The notes: a model not told the origin generated them from the sequence alone. A stretch of DNA of 63,983 nt, filler included, from Vicugna vicugna (GCA_013265495.1; 81 parts of 80 records of this genome joined end to end with filler, not necessarily neighbours in it); one strand, 5' to 3'; shown: positions 49,217-62,284, numbered from the whole stretch's first letter. Program-made: numbers and translations.

Positions 49217-49883
49217 CCCCTAGCATTACCTGGCACAGAGACATTAGGAAAATCCTTAGGGGAGATGAGCTTAAGCATTCCGTTAGAACAATAGCGCTGC
49301 CGAATTTGGTGGAACCTCCCCACGCTCAGGATTTCGGAAATATTGTCAGTGCGTGGGGGAGCTCGAGAGACAAATCCACGCAGCTCTCTTCAGTCACAGG
49401 TGTTCCCTGTTCGGGGAAGTCCGAGAAATACCTTNNNNNNNNNNNNNNNNNNNNNNNNNNNNNNNNNNNNNNNNNNNNNNNNNNNNNNNNNNNNNNNNNN
49501 NNNNNNNNNNNNNNNNNNNNNNNNNNNNNNNNNNNNNNNNNNNNNNNNNNNNNNNNNNNNNNNNNNNNNNNNNNNNNNNNNNNNNNNNNNNNNNNNNNNN
49601 NNNNNNNNNNNNNNNNNNNNNNNNNNNNNNNNNNNNNNNNNNNNNNNNNNNNNNNNNNNNNNNNNNNNNNNNNNNNNNNNNNNNNNNNNNNNNNNNNNNN
49701 NNNNNNNNNNNNNNNNNNNNNNNNNNNNNNNNNNNNNNNNNNNNNNNNNNNNNNNNNNNNNNNNNNNNNNNNNNNNNNNNNNNNNNNNNNNNNNNNNNNN
49801 NNNNNNNNNNNNNNNNNNNNNNNNNNNNNNNNATGCGTAGGGAACACGAGAGACAACTCCACGCAGCTCTCTTCAGTCACAGG
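49217..49883. repeat. SatA, reverse orientation
   Basis: CAGCTCTCTTCAGTCACAGGTGTTCCCTGTTCGGGGAAGTCCGAGAAATACC. Confidence 0.95.
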
Positions 49884-49983
49884 NNNNNNNNNNNNNNNNN
49901 NNNNNNNNNNNNNNNNNNNNNNNNNNNTTAATTAATTAANNNNNNNNNNNNNNNNNNNNNNNNNNNNNNNNNNNNNNNNNNNN

Positions 49984-50389
49984 GGCATTCAGTTAGAACC
50001 CAGGCGCTGCCGACCGTTGGTGGAACCTTCCACGCTCAGGATTCCGAAATCATGGTCAGTGCGTGGGGACCACGATAGACAATTCCACGCAGCTATCTTC
50101 AGTCACAGGGGTTCCCTGTTTGGGGAAGTCCGAGTAATACCTTCCTTTACCTTGGGGAGGCAGCCTCTGACACTGGGATATCCTGCAATAACCCCAAGCA
50201 TTCCCTGGCACATAGACATTAAAAAACCCTCAGGGGAGATGAGCTTAGGCATTCCGTTAGGACCAACGTGCTGCCGACCTTTGGTGGAACCTCCCCACGC
50301 TCAGGATTCCGGACCATTGTCAGTGCTTGGGGATCGAGAGACTTCTCCACGCAGCTCTCTTCAGTCATAGGTGTTCCCTGTTCGGCGAA
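49984..50389. repeat. SatA, reverse orientation
   Basis: Same monomer, more diverged. Confidence 0.93.
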
Positions 50390-50489
50390 NNNNNNNNNNN
50401 NNNNNNNNNNNNNNNNNNNNNNNNNNNNNNNNNTTAATTAATTAANNNNNNNNNNNNNNNNNNNNNNNNNNNNNNNNNNNNNNNNNNNN

Positions 50490-50735
50490 AAACAACAAGA
50501 TCCTACTGTATAGCACAGGGAACTACATTCAATATCTTTTAATAGCCTATAGTGGAAATGTATATGAGAAGAAAAAAATATATGTATGTGTGTATAATAT
50601 ATATATGTATATGTGTATATGTGTATGTATAAGTGAATATATATATGTATGTATAAGTGAATCACTATGCTGTACACCAAGAATTAACACAATATTGTGA
50701 AGGAACTATACTTTCAACAAAAAAAGTTGAAATAA
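50490..50735 (+). mobile_element. Cetartiodactyl-type LINE-1 3' end with (TA/TG) expansion
   Basis: AACAACAAGATCCTACTGTATAGCACAGGGAACTACATTCAATATC...GAATCACTATGCTGTACACC...ACTATACTTTCAACAAAAAAA. Confidence 0.85.
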
Positions 50736-51203
50736 AATTGGGAGATGAAACTTCCACTTCCCAGGCTGCTGTCAGGATGAAACGATTCAATGCAGGCCAG
50801 GTATTAGCAATCCCCTGACACATCAAAACCCCATGGGGGATCTTTCTTTTGATCAGCACAGGCTAACCGGCTGTGGTCACCTGTAAATAGGGTTGAAGTC
50901 ACTTAGACCCTTGGCTTGGGAACACCGTGGCCACAGGGGTGGGGGTCACTGCAGAACCTATGAGGATGACGGGGCCAGCACAGCCGGCTGGCCGCTCCCT
51001 AGGCCGCAGCCCAGAGCGCTGCAGGCAGGTCTGAGGTCCGGCCGGCGGCGCGCAGCTTCACAGCCCCTCAGAGCCCTGCTGTGCGGGTGGCGCTGGGATC
51101 GCGNNNNNNNNNNNNNNNNNNNNNNNNNNNNNNNNNNNNNNNNNNNNTTAATTAATTAANNNNNNNNNNNNNNNNNNNNNNNNNNNNNNNNNNNNNNNNN
51201 NNN

Positions 51204-51213
51204 GTTGGAGCAC

Positions 51214-51249
<36 letters not shown>

Positions 51250-51342
51250 AGCGGGGCGAAGCCAGAGGAAACTCTGGTGGAGGCTCGAAGCGATACTGAC
51301 GTGCAAATCGTTCGTCTGACTTGGGTATAGGGGCGAAAGACT

Positions 51343-51398
<56 letters not shown>

Positions 51399-51540
51399 CC
51401 ACACGAGTTCTATCGGGTAAAGCCAATGATTAGAGGCATCGGGGGCGCAACGCCCTCGACCTATTCTCAAACTTTAAATAGGTAGGACGGCGCGGCTGCT
51501 TCGGTGAGCCGTGCCACGGAATCGGGAGCTCCAAGTGGGC
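51204..51540 (+). rRNA. 25S rRNA: Plant-type (grass-like) 25S/26S large-subunit rRNA fragment, likely contaminant
   Basis: Eukaryotic LSU core GACCCGAAAGATGGTGAACTATGCC...GGGGCGAAAGACTAATCGAACCATCTAGTAGCTGGTTCC, with plant states (GCCTGAGCGGGGCG, GGCTCGAAGCGATACTGAC, ATCGTTCGTCTGACTTGGG) rather than mammalian ones (GCCTGGGCAGGGCG, GGTCCGTAGCGGTCCTGAC, ATCGGTCGTCCGACCTGGG). Confidence 0.93.
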
Positions 51541-52184
51541 NNNNNNNNNNNNNNNNNNNNNNNNNNNNNNNNNNNNNNNNNNNNTTAATTAATTAANNNN
51601 NNNNNNNNNNNNNNNNNNNNNNNNNNNNNNNNNNNNNNNNACCGAAACCAACATTAACCATGAAATACCTATTGGAAACATGAAAAAACCCCCAACCATG
51701 AATTCACTTGTGCATGAGGTGCCCTTTACTCCCAATGACACCTAATGGGCATTGTTGGCATTTCAAGGGGTAACATCCCTCTCTAGGAAAATACAAGAGG
51801 AAACAAACCAAATATATACATTTAGGTTTGAATCCAAAAGCACCTAGAGGCATTATAGCTAGGAGAACCCTGCTGCAACCTCAGCTATGGTAGGCTATTG
51901 AGAACCAGGTGTTCTTCTATCAGTGATGGGAACACTTATTCATCCGATCATGTTGGGTAAAGGAATTTAACGTGCCCAAGTCTGCACACACATGATATAG
52001 TGCCCCCGGGGGCTTGACACAAGTGAAAGACGATCCAAGTAAGCTGTGTCTTAAATGTCATTGGCGACTTTTACAGTTCAGTTCNNNNNNNNNNNNNNNN
52101 NNNNNNNNNNNNNNNNNNNNNNNNNNNNTTAATTAATTAANNNNNNNNNNNNNNNNNNNNNNNNNNNNNNNNNNNNNNNNNNNN

Positions 52185-52685
52185 TTCCTATCACCAGGTC
52201 CTAAAATCGGACATTTGGCACCAGAAAAGACTCTTTGAGCCAATTCTAACTAATACACACGTAAATTACATTCTTTACATAACCATGGCGTTCCGTATTA
52301 CGAACATGATTCATGCATCATGGATTCCTCAAACATGAATTTCTGAGTTGTGAACATGCGTATGACTGATGTTTCAAACACAAAACAAGTTACCTATGCA
52401 CTCTGAAATATTTACTTTGACTTCATAGCTTCTTCCTATCACCAACAGTTTCAAGAATCAATCTTTGGTCCCAGAAAAACATTCTTGGAGCGAATTCTAC
52501 CCTAGAGATATGTAAATAGAATAGATTCCATGTACATGATATTCCGCGTTCCGTACATGCTACATAAATGACGGATTCGACAAACATGCATTCCTGAGTT
52601 GAGGGCATCTGGATTACAAATCTTACATCCTCTAAAAGATGAATATTTACATCTAGACCCGTGTACACATTTTCACAAGCTTTCA
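52185..52685. repeat. SatD, reverse orientation
   Basis: TGAGTTG anchors at 52344 and 52595. Confidence 0.9.
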
Positions 52686-52785
52686 NNNNNNNNNNNNNNN
52701 NNNNNNNNNNNNNNNNNNNNNNNNNNNNNTTAATTAATTAANNNNNNNNNNNNNNNNNNNNNNNNNNNNNNNNNNNNNNNNNNNN

Positions 52786-53621
52786 ACAGGTGCTGGGAGC
52801 AGCACAGAAGAGGGCGCCAACGGAGGGCCTCTGAAAACAAGCTGAGCTTCCAAAACAGGACGAAGACAGAAGGACTTCACATTAAAAGCACACAGACTTC
52901 AGGAGAACACCGACAACCCCCTTTTTTTTTTGTTGTTGTTGTTTTTTTGTTTTTTTGTTTTTGTTTTTTTAATCTGTTTTTTACCTGTTCTATTTTCAAT
53001 TACTCTCTTAATTTTTACTTCTTAATTCATTTCTATTTCTCTTGGGTTTTGATGTCCTGTTATTGATTAGACACAGGCTTCAAACACATATATTCATCTC
53101 CCCACCCCCCNNNNNNNNNNNNNNNNNNNNNNNNNNNNNNNNNNNNNNNNNNNNNNNNNNNNNNNNNNNNNNNNNNNNNNNNNNNNNNNNNNNNNNNNNN
53201 NNNNNNNNNNNNNNNNNNNNNNNNNNNNNNNNNNNNNNNNNNNNNNNNNNNNNNNNNNNNNNNNNNNNNNNNNNNNNNNNNNNNNNNNNNNNNNNNNNNN
53301 NNNNNNNNNNNNNNNNNNNNNNNNNNNNNNNNNNNNNNNNNNNNNNNNNNNNNNNNNNNNNNNNNNNNNNNNNNNNNNNNNNNNNNNNNNNNNNNNNNNN
53401 NNNNNNNNNNNNNNNNNNNNNNNNNNNNNNNNNNNNNNNNNNNNNNNNNNNNNNNNNNNNNNNNNNNNNNNNNNNNNNNNNNNNNNNNNNNNNNNCTTAG
53501 AGAGATATGTCAAAAATGAAATTGAAGCTATAAAAAAGAGCCAAGCAAAATGGGAAAACTCATTGACAGAGAAGAGGAATGATCTAACAGCTGTGCAAAG
53601 CCGACTAGTTAATGCAATGCA
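52786..53621 (+). mobile_element. LINE-1 5'UTR (T-rich tract) and ORF1 coiled-coil fragment
   Basis: ~53506-53616 translates YVKNEIEAIKKSQAKWENSLTEKRNDLTAVQSRLVNA, an L1 ORF1p-like heptad region; upstream sequence is shared with 37430-37480. Confidence 0.8.
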
Positions 53622-53721
53622 NNNNNNNNNNNNNNNNNNNNNNNNNNNNNNNNNNNNNNNNNNNNTTAATTAATTAANNNNNNNNNNNNNNNNNNNNNNN
53701 NNNNNNNNNNNNNNNNNNNNN

Positions 53722-54477
53722 CACGCGCTGCCGACCGTTGGTGGAACCTCCCCTCGCTCATGATTCTGGAAAAATTTTCAGTCCGTGTGGGAGCTCGAGA
53801 GACAACTCCACGCAGCTCTCTTCAGTCACAGGTGTTCCCTGTTTGGGGAAGTCCGAGAAATAGCTTCCCTGAACTTGGGGAGGCAGCCTCGGTCACTGGG
53901 ATATCCTGCAAAACCTCTAGCTTTCCCTGGCACAGAGATATTAGGAAAACCCTCAGGGGAGACGAACTTAGGCATTCCGTTAGAACCCACGCGCTGCCGA
54001 CNNNNNNNNNNNNNNNNNNNNNNNNNNNNNNNNNNNNNNNNNNNNNNNNNNNNNNNNNNNNNNNNNNNNNNNNNNNNNNNNNNNNNNNNNNNNNNNNNNN
54101 NNNNNNNNNNNNNNNNNNNNNNNNNNNNNNNNNNNNNNNNNNNNNNNNNNNNNNNNNNNNNNNNNNNNNNNNNNNNNNNNNNNNNNNNNNNNNNNNNNNN
54201 NNNNNNNNNNNNNNNNNNNNNNNNNNNNNNNNNNNNNNNNNNNNNNNNNNNNNNNNNNNNNNNNNNNNNNNNNNNNNNNNNNNNNNNNNNNNNNNNNNNN
54301 NNNNNNNNNNNNNNNNNNNNNNNNNNNNNNNNNNNNNNNNNNNNNNNNNNNNNNNNNNNNNNNNNNNNNNNNNNNCCGAGAATTCCCTGACCTTGGGGAA
54401 CAGCCTCTGACACTGGGATATCCTGTAAAACGCCCTAGCATTCCCTGGCACAGAGACATTAGGAAAACCTCCGGGGA
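53722..54477. repeat. SatA, reverse orientation
   Basis: Monomer motifs as above. Confidence 0.95.
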
Positions 54478-54577
54478 NNNNNNNNNNNNNNNNNNNNNNN
54501 NNNNNNNNNNNNNNNNNNNNNTTAATTAATTAANNNNNNNNNNNNNNNNNNNNNNNNNNNNNNNNNNNNNNNNNNNN

Positions 54578-55341
54578 TTCAGTATTCTGTATTCTGTATT
54601 CTAAATTCTTTGTTCTGCATTCGATGTTCTTAATTCTAATTTCATTATTATGTATTCTAAATTTTAAACTCTGTTTTCTGCATTCCATATTCTAAATTAT
54701 GGCTTGTATATTCTCTAATCTATACTCTATATTTTGTGTTCTTCATTGTATATTCAACATTCTATATTATGAATTCCGTTTCTATATTCTATATTCGGTG
54801 TTCTATATTCTGTATTCTAAATTCTATATTCAATATTCTGTATTGTATATTCTGAATTCTGTGTTGTACTTTCTATATTCTAAATTATATATTCAGTATT
54901 CTGTTTTATATATTCTAAATTCTCTGTTCTGCATTCCATCTCAAATTTCTGGGTACTATATTCTCTTTATATATTCTATATTTTGCGTTCTTCATTCTAT
55001 ATTCTACATTATATATTCTGCATTGCGTATTCTATATTCTTAATTCTTTGTACTGCATTCCATGTTCTAAATTCTATATTCAGTATTCTGTATTCTATAT
55101 TCTATATTCTGTGTTCTGCATTCAANNNNNNNNNNNNNNNNNNNNNNNNNNNNNNNNNNNNNNNNNNNNNNNNNNNNNNNNNNNNNNNNNAGCATTCTGT
55201 ATTCTATATTCTAAATTTTGTGTTCTACATTCTATATTCTAAATTCTATATTCAGTATTCTGTATTCTATATTCTAATTCTGTGTTCTGCATCCCATGTT
55301 CTAAATTCTGAATTCTGTATTCTGTTTCCATATTCTATATC
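54578..55341. repeat. SatC
   Basis: 7-bp TTCT periodicity. Confidence 0.93.
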
Positions 55342-55441
55342 NNNNNNNNNNNNNNNNNNNNNNNNNNNNNNNNNNNNNNNNNNNNTTAATTAATTAANNN
55401 NNNNNNNNNNNNNNNNNNNNNNNNNNNNNNNNNNNNNNNNN

Positions 55442-56169
55442 ATTCAAAATTCTATATTCAGTTTTCCTTATTCTTTATTCTAAATTATGTGTTCAATATT
55501 CTATATTCGAAATTCTATATTCAGTATTCTGTGTTCTTTATGCTAAATTCTATGTTCTGAATTCCATGTTCTCAATTCTTGGTTTTCTATTCTGTTTCCA
55601 TATTCTATATTCTGTGTTCTTCATTGTATATTCTGTATACTAAATTCTGCTTTCCGTATTCTATATTCTGTGTTTTACATTGTATATTCTAAATAATATA
55701 CTCAGTATTCTGTATTCTATATTCTAAATTCTGTGTTCTATATTCTATTTTCATATTCTATATTCAGTATTCGGTATTCTATATGCTATATTCTGTGTTC
55801 AGAATTCCATGTTCTAAATTTTGGTTTCTATATCCCGTATCCCATATTCTATATTCTGTGTTCTAAATTCTATATTCTAAATTCTATATTCAGTATTCTA
55901 TACTCTATATTCTAAGTTCTGTGTTCTACATTCTATGTTCTAAACTCTATATTCAGTAATCTGTATTCTATATTCTAAATTTTCTGTTCTGCATTCCATG
56001 TTCTAAATTCTGTGTTCTATATTCTGTTTTCCATATTCTAAATTCTGGGTTTTACATTCTATATTCTGTATTCAATATTCTGCATTCCGTATACCGTATT
56101 CTACTTTTTCTGTGTTCTACATTTTATTTTCAAAATTCGATATTAAGTATTCTGTATTCTATATTCTAT
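55442..56169. repeat. SatC
   Basis: 7-bp TTCT periodicity. Confidence 0.93.
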
Positions 56170-56269
56170 NNNNNNNNNNNNNNNNNNNNNNNNNNNNNNN
56201 NNNNNNNNNNNNNTTAATTAATTAANNNNNNNNNNNNNNNNNNNNNNNNNNNNNNNNNNNNNNNNNNNN

Positions 56270-57049
56270 TGAACGAACGTCTCTCCACATGCTCAGTTCT
56301 GAGAGAAAATTGTGAGTGAAAGCCAACCTTCACCTATCTAGAAGGGAACACAAGGTTTCTTTTCATTTGCAAACTTCACTCCATAAATATATATGGGGAG
56401 GTACAAGCTCAAACTCGGTTTTACAGTGAAAACGGCAGGCACTTCAAACCGGCACCAGGAAACAGACTGAGAAACCAGAGTCAGTGTTNNNNNNNNNNNN
56501 NNNNNNNNNNNNNNNNNNNNNNNNNNNNNNNNNNNNNNNNNNNNNNNNNNNNNNNNNNNNNNNNNNNNNNNNNNNNNNNNNNNNNNNNNNNNNNNNNNNN
56601 NNNNNNNNNNNNNNNNNNNNNNNNNNNNNNNNNNNNNNNNNNNNNNNNNNNNNNNNNNNNNNNNNNNNNNNNNNNNNNNNNNNNNNNNNNNNNNNNNNNN
56701 NNNNNNNNNNNNNNNNCAGAGTAAGGGTTTCTCCTGCAACCCGTTCCCTTTGTACTGGATGAAAGAAAGTCTCTCCAAATGCTCAGTTCTGAGAGATACG
56801 TGTGTGTGAAAGCCGTCCTTCACCTAGCTTGAAGGGAACACAAAGTTTCTTTTCAGTTGCAAACTCCAATCCATACATATATATGTGGAGGTACAAGCTC
56901 CAACTCGGTTTTACAGTGAAAACGGCAGGCACTTCAAACCGGCACTAGGAAACAGACTGAGAAACAAGAGTCATTGTTTCTCCTGCAACCCATTCCCATT
57001 GTGGTTGGTGAACGAACGTCTCTCCACATGCTCAGTTCTGAGAGATAAG
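56270..57049. repeat. SatB (249 bp)
   Basis: GCTCAGTTCTGAGAGATA at 56781 and 57030. Confidence 0.95.
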
Positions 57050-57149
57050 NNNNNNNNNNNNNNNNNNNNNNNNNNNNNNNNNNNNNNNNNNNNTTAATTA
57101 ATTAANNNNNNNNNNNNNNNNNNNNNNNNNNNNNNNNNNNNNNNNNNNN

Positions 57150-57954
57150 TATCTCTGAGCCAGGGAATGCTAGGGGTGATTTCAGGATATCCCAATGTTA
57201 GAGGCAGCCTCCCCAAGATAAGGGAATTTATTTCTCGGACTTCCCCGAACAGGGAACACCTGTGACTGAAGAGAGCTGCGTGGAGTTTTCTCTCGAGCTC
57301 CCCCACGCACTGATAATGTTTCCAGAATCCTGAGCGTGGGGAGGTTCCACCAATGGTCGGCAAAACGTGGGTTCTAACGGAAAGCCTAAGCTCGTCTCCC
57401 CTGAGTATTTTCCTAATGTCTCTGTGCCAGGGAATGCTTGGGGGTTTTGCAGGATATCCCAGTGACAGAGGCTGCATCCCCAAGTTCAGGGAAGGTACTT
57501 TTCGGACTTTCCCGAACAGGGAACACCTGTGACTGAAGAGAGCTGCGTGGAGTTGNNNNNNNNNNNNNNNNNNNNNNNNNNNNNNNNNNNNNNNNNNNNN
57601 NNNNNNNNNNNNNNNNNNNNNNNNNNNNNNNNNNNNNNNNNNNNNNNNNNNNNNNNNNNNNNNNNNNNNNNNNNNNNNNNNNNNNNNNNNNNNNNNNGTG
57701 ATTGCAGGATATCCCAGTGTCAGAGGCTGCCTCCAAAAGGTCAGGGAAGCTATTTCTCGGACTTCCCCGAACAGGGAACACCTGTGACTGAAGAGAGCTG
57801 CGTGGAGTTGTCTCTATATATCCCCCATGCACTGACATTATTTCCGGAATCCTGAGCGTGGGGAGGTTCCACCTACTGTCGGCAGAGCGTGGGTTCTAAC
57901 GAAAAGCCAACGCTCGTCTCCCCTGAGGCTTTTCCTAATGTCTCTGTGCCAGGG
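57150..57954. repeat. SatA
   Basis: CCCGAACAGGGAACACCTGTGACTGAAGAGAGCTGCGTGGAG three times. Confidence 0.95.
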
Positions 57955-58054
57955 NNNNNNNNNNNNNNNNNNNNNNNNNNNNNNNNNNNNNNNNNNNNTT
58001 AATTAATTAANNNNNNNNNNNNNNNNNNNNNNNNNNNNNNNNNNNNNNNNNNNN

Positions 58055-58844
58055 GACAGGAGACATGGGATTGAAGGTGATGCGCTGAGTGTTAGAAGAG
58101 TGCACAGCAGATGCTTGGCTGACAGAACTCAAAGAAACCAGCGCAAAATATCCCCACACTTGATTCTGAGACCAAGATCTGAGCTGCCAAATTTGAGGTA
58201 GCAGAGGCAGCGGTCAGGGAGGGATAGGGCTACGGATGATGGCACACGCTGTGTCTCAGGGACCTGGAGTGCGTTGTGGGATGTGGTGGGTCCTATCAAG
58301 AGAGCAAACCGACCTGTGACCCCAATGAGAAAGCAACCACACTGGCGCGCGAGGTTGAGATTATCGATATGTCCCATGGCCACACCCAGTGCATCTGCAA
58401 GACCAGGGAACAATTTGGCATTTTGCCAATAGAGCACGTGTGGGGCTGAATCAGAGATATCGTGCATTTGGTCTGAAGGATCCAGGGGGCCTTCGTTTTG
58501 ATATCAGAATGAAAAGCCTTAGGATCTGCTACATTCATAACCTGGGCTGGGATTATGGTTTGGTTTGAGGCACAGGATGCGCAACAACTCTGTAGTTGTC
58601 TTCGTGCACCTGTGCCACAAGGATGAGAGGACAAGGAACATTGTTCCAAGTCCACAGCGTGAGAAGTTGAAGCATTTCCTTCATCATTATCTCCAGAATG
58701 AAGCTGCTACATTTTGGATGGCATGGTACGGCACCGAGGACACCAAGGTAGGTCTGTGGGATCATTCCAGCAGGCCCTGATGTGTGACATCCATGGATGA
58801 GCTTCCACTGTTGTTTCAGTAGACAGAGAAGCTCTGGGAAGAAC
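58055..58844. repeat. Unclassified multicopy sequence, paralogue of 39214-39746
   Basis: Reverse complement of 58417-58844 aligns to ~39302-39746 with scattered substitutions and 1-, 6- and 12-bp indels. Confidence 0.85.
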
Positions 58845-60198
58845 NNNNNNNNNNNNNNNNNNNNNNNNNNNNNNNNNNNNNNNNNNNNNNNNNNNNNNNN
58901 NNNNNNNNNNNNNNNNNNNNNNNNNNNNNNNNNNNNNNNNNNNNNNNNNNNNNNNNNNNNNNNNNNNNNNNNNNNNNNNNNNNNNNNNNNNNNNNNNNNN
59001 NNNNNNNNNNNNNNNNNNNNNNNNNNNNNNNNNNNNNNNNNNNNNNNNNNNNNNNNNNNNNNNNNNNNNNNNNNNNNNNNNNNNNNNNNNNNNNNNNNNN
59101 NNNNNNNNNNNNNNNNNNNNNNNNNNNNNNNNNNNNNNNNNNNNNNNNNNNNNNNNNNNNNNNNNNNNNNNNNNNNNNNNNNNNNNNNNNNNNNNNNNNN
59201 NNNNNNNNNNNNNNNNNNNNNNNNNNNNNNNNNNNNNNNNNNNNNNNNNNTGACCAGTAGAAGAAGTACAGTAAAAGAAACAGGAAGTACCATTTTCAGT
59301 TCCATTGGGATTGAAGGCCCAAAAGATAATCTTTCAAACATCTAGACTGCAAAACTCTACCAGAGCTTGTATTGAAAACGGAGATGAGGGAAACACTGAA
59401 GCACAACCGTGTCAGAATCACAAAATCAGAATACCAGAAATGTGGAAGATAAAGTCNNNNNNNNNNNNNNNNNNNNNNNNNNNNNNNNNNNNNNNNNNNN
59501 TTAATTAATTAANNNNNNNNNNNNNNNNNNNNNNNNNNNNNNNNNNNNNNNNNNNNGGCAGCAAGCGCTTTCCTTAGGGTTTTTGTCTCAACCTGAAAGC
59601 CGGCCCGGAGACTGAAGGACTTCTAGTTGCCTCCACTATCTGCCTAGGACCCTCTCCACGAACGTTTCCCATTTTCTCTCACCCTTTTGTCTTGGCATCA
59701 TTGAGTACGAAAACGCTCCGTCTCCTGAAGCCCTGCAGACTGAAGCTGGACAACGGGAGGTAAACGTCAGAGAAATGGCCACAACTGCTCCTGTGGAAAC
59801 CATCCTCGGGCCTGTTTTCGGGGGAGCCGCTCAGAGAGTATTGAGCCGAACAGGACATCATCAGAGGCATTTCAAACTGCTCGAGCCGTTTCGAAGACCC
59901 CGATGTGTGGAAATCTCCTACCAGACTGACCCCCTACTCCCGGCCCTGATTCTGGTTTCTCATCTGCTCCGATGATTCACCTTTGTGCTGGACTTTGGTT
60001 GTCCACACAAGTGCCTCTTAGGCGATACCTGACTGCTTGCTCCCTAGGCCTAGCTTCAGAAGCCCATCGACACCACCGCCTCCTGAGACGAGATACTACA
60101 ACTGTTTCCTTGAACAGACCTGTTCTCAGAACTAAGAAACTGGGTCCATGAAACGCAGGCCCCCTAGGAAACCATTCCCTCCCTCCTGCCCCCTGACC

Positions 60199-60258
60199 GT
60201 ACGCACGCTCACACGCACGCATGCACGCACGGACGCACACGCACACGCACACGCACAG
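60199..60258. repeat. (CACG/CA)n microsatellite
   Basis: ACGCACGCTCACACGCACGCATGCACGCAC... Confidence 0.9.
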
Positions 60259-60644
60259 NNNNNNNNNNNNNNNNNNNNNNNNNNNNNNNNNNNNNNNNNN
60301 NNTTAATTAATTAANNNNNNNNNNNNNNNNNNNNNNNNNNNNNNNNNNNNNNNNNNNNGAAGTTTGTTCATCCTGAAATGAAGCTGCAGCAGCTGGGGGA
60401 GGATGTCAGATGAAGAATGATGAGCTCCACAGACCACCCCGACTGCTGGGCAGAGGCTGGCCTGGCTGGGGTGAGAATAGTCCTGCTGCCTTTCAGAGAG
60501 GGGTGCGTGTGCTGGGTGACTGAGGAGTGACTGAGGACGGCCCAGTAGAGGAGACGGGGGCTTTCATTACACGTGCTGTTCGTTGTAGGTTAAGCCACAT
60601 GCACAGACCCGAAGGACACGAACCTGCAGGGAAGGAAACTAGGT

Positions 60645-60793
60645 TGTGAATTCCATCATCCTGGGTCCATCGGTAGAGCGCTGTGTAGTTTTTGGCAAGA
60701 CGCTTAACCTCTCTGGGTCTCAAATTCCTCATTTATCAAACAACCAAGGCAGAGTCAATCATTTCCGAGGCTCCTTCAGCTCTAATATTCCTA
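60645..60793 (+). mobile_element. MIR SINE
   Basis: GCTGTGTAGTTTTTGGCAAGACGCTTAACCTCTCTGGGTCTCAAATTCCTCATTTATCAAA is the MIR core; ends GGCTCCTTCAGCTCTAATATTCCTA. Confidence 0.8.
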
Positions 60794-61195
60794 AACACAA
60801 ATAATTTTGGATTGTATGTTCGAAAAAATTCCCTTCTAGTTACAACAAAATGTTTGTTGTGAAAAAAACACTTGGAAAATACAGAAAAATATGAAGGACC
60901 ACAATCCACACTCCCACCACCCAAAAATAAGCATCGTTAACCTTGTAATGACTAGGAGAAAGAGCAGCAGGCAGAAAGGGAGACGGAAACACTGAAGGAT
61001 GTCCTGTTCCTTCAGCTTTCAATATCAAAGCAAAGGAAATATGTCATGCATTTCCGCAAAGAGTATATAAATAATTTCTCCTTATTTTTTCATCTNNNNN
61101 NNNNNNNNNNNNNNNNNNNNNNNNNNNNNNNNNNNNNNNTTAATTAATTAANNNNNNNNNNNNNNNNNNNNNNNNNNNNNNNNNNNNNNNNNNNN

Positions 61196-61615
61196 TGTTC
61201 TGAATTCTGTGTTCTATATTCTCTATTCTCTATTCTATATATTGTTTTCTTCATTTTATAATCTACATGCTATATTTTGCATTCCGTATTCTATATTCTA
61301 TATTCTGAGTTATAATTCTAAATTCTAAACCCTATATTCAGTATTCTATTTTCTATACACTGAATTCTGTGTTCTATATTCTCTATTCTCTATTCTATAT
61401 TTTGTTTTCTTCATTTTATACTCTACATGCTATATTTTGCATTCCGTATTCTATATTCTATATTCTGAGTTATAATTCTAAATTCTTAACTCTATATTCA
61501 ATATTCTGTTTTCTATATTCTAAATTCTGGGTTCTGCATTCCATGTTCTAAATTCTGGGTTCAATATTCACTATTCTATATTCTATATTCTGTGTTCTAC
61601 ATTCTCTATTATAAA
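61196..61615. repeat. SatC with near-identical 160-bp tandem unit
   Basis: TGAATTCTGTGTTCTATATTCTCTATTCTC at 61201 and 61361. Confidence 0.93.
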
Positions 61616-62284
61616 NNNNNNNNNNNNNNNNNNNNNNNNNNNNNNNNNNNNNNNNNNNNTTAATTAATTAANNNNNNNNNNNNNNNNNNNNNNNNNNNNN
61701 NNNNNNNNNNNNNNNGTAATCAGATTTGGAACAGTTATCTTTTCTCTCTATCTGATCCCTATAGAAACTAAAAACACTTAGTTCCCCAGTGGCTCTATCA
61801 GACAAATTAGGAAGTTCATCTCCTCACAGATATAAGACAATAAAGGTATTTTAAGGATTTTAAAGAGAAAAGAATTTACCTAAATCTGTAAGGCAGAAAC
61901 GCATAAAAAGCCTTGATGTGCCTTTCCTGGCCTTAGCAAACCTTATTAACATTCTACCCTGAGNNNNNNNNNNNNNNNNNNNNNNNNNNNNNNNNNNNNN
62001 NNNNNNNNNNNNNNNNNNNNNNNNNNNNNNNNNNNNNNNNNNNNNNNNNNNNNNNNNNNNNNNNNNNNNNNNNNNNNNNNNNNNNNNNNNNNNNNNNNNN
62101 NNNNNNNNNNNNNNNNNNNNNNNNNNNNNNNNNNNNNNNNNNNNNNNNNNNNNNNNNNNNNNNNNNNNNNNNNNNNNNNNNNNNNNNNNNNNNNNNNNNN
62201 NNNNNNNNNNNGAATTATGAAAAGGATACTCTAGGTTTGTTTCTGAAGCTCAGTAATCTATCCTTGGGTAAAGTTCCAATGCCC

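Noticed and set aside
51241..51426. ORFs MALPDRTRVGSSYPEGNFGG... and MVRLVFRPYTQV...
   Set aside because: They are antisense translations of LSU rRNA, a well-known source of spurious proteins.
51204..51540. Host 28S rDNA or plant-to-mammal horizontal transfer
   Set aside because: Diagnostic bases are plant-type, there is no decay and no host flank; contamination is far more parsimonious.
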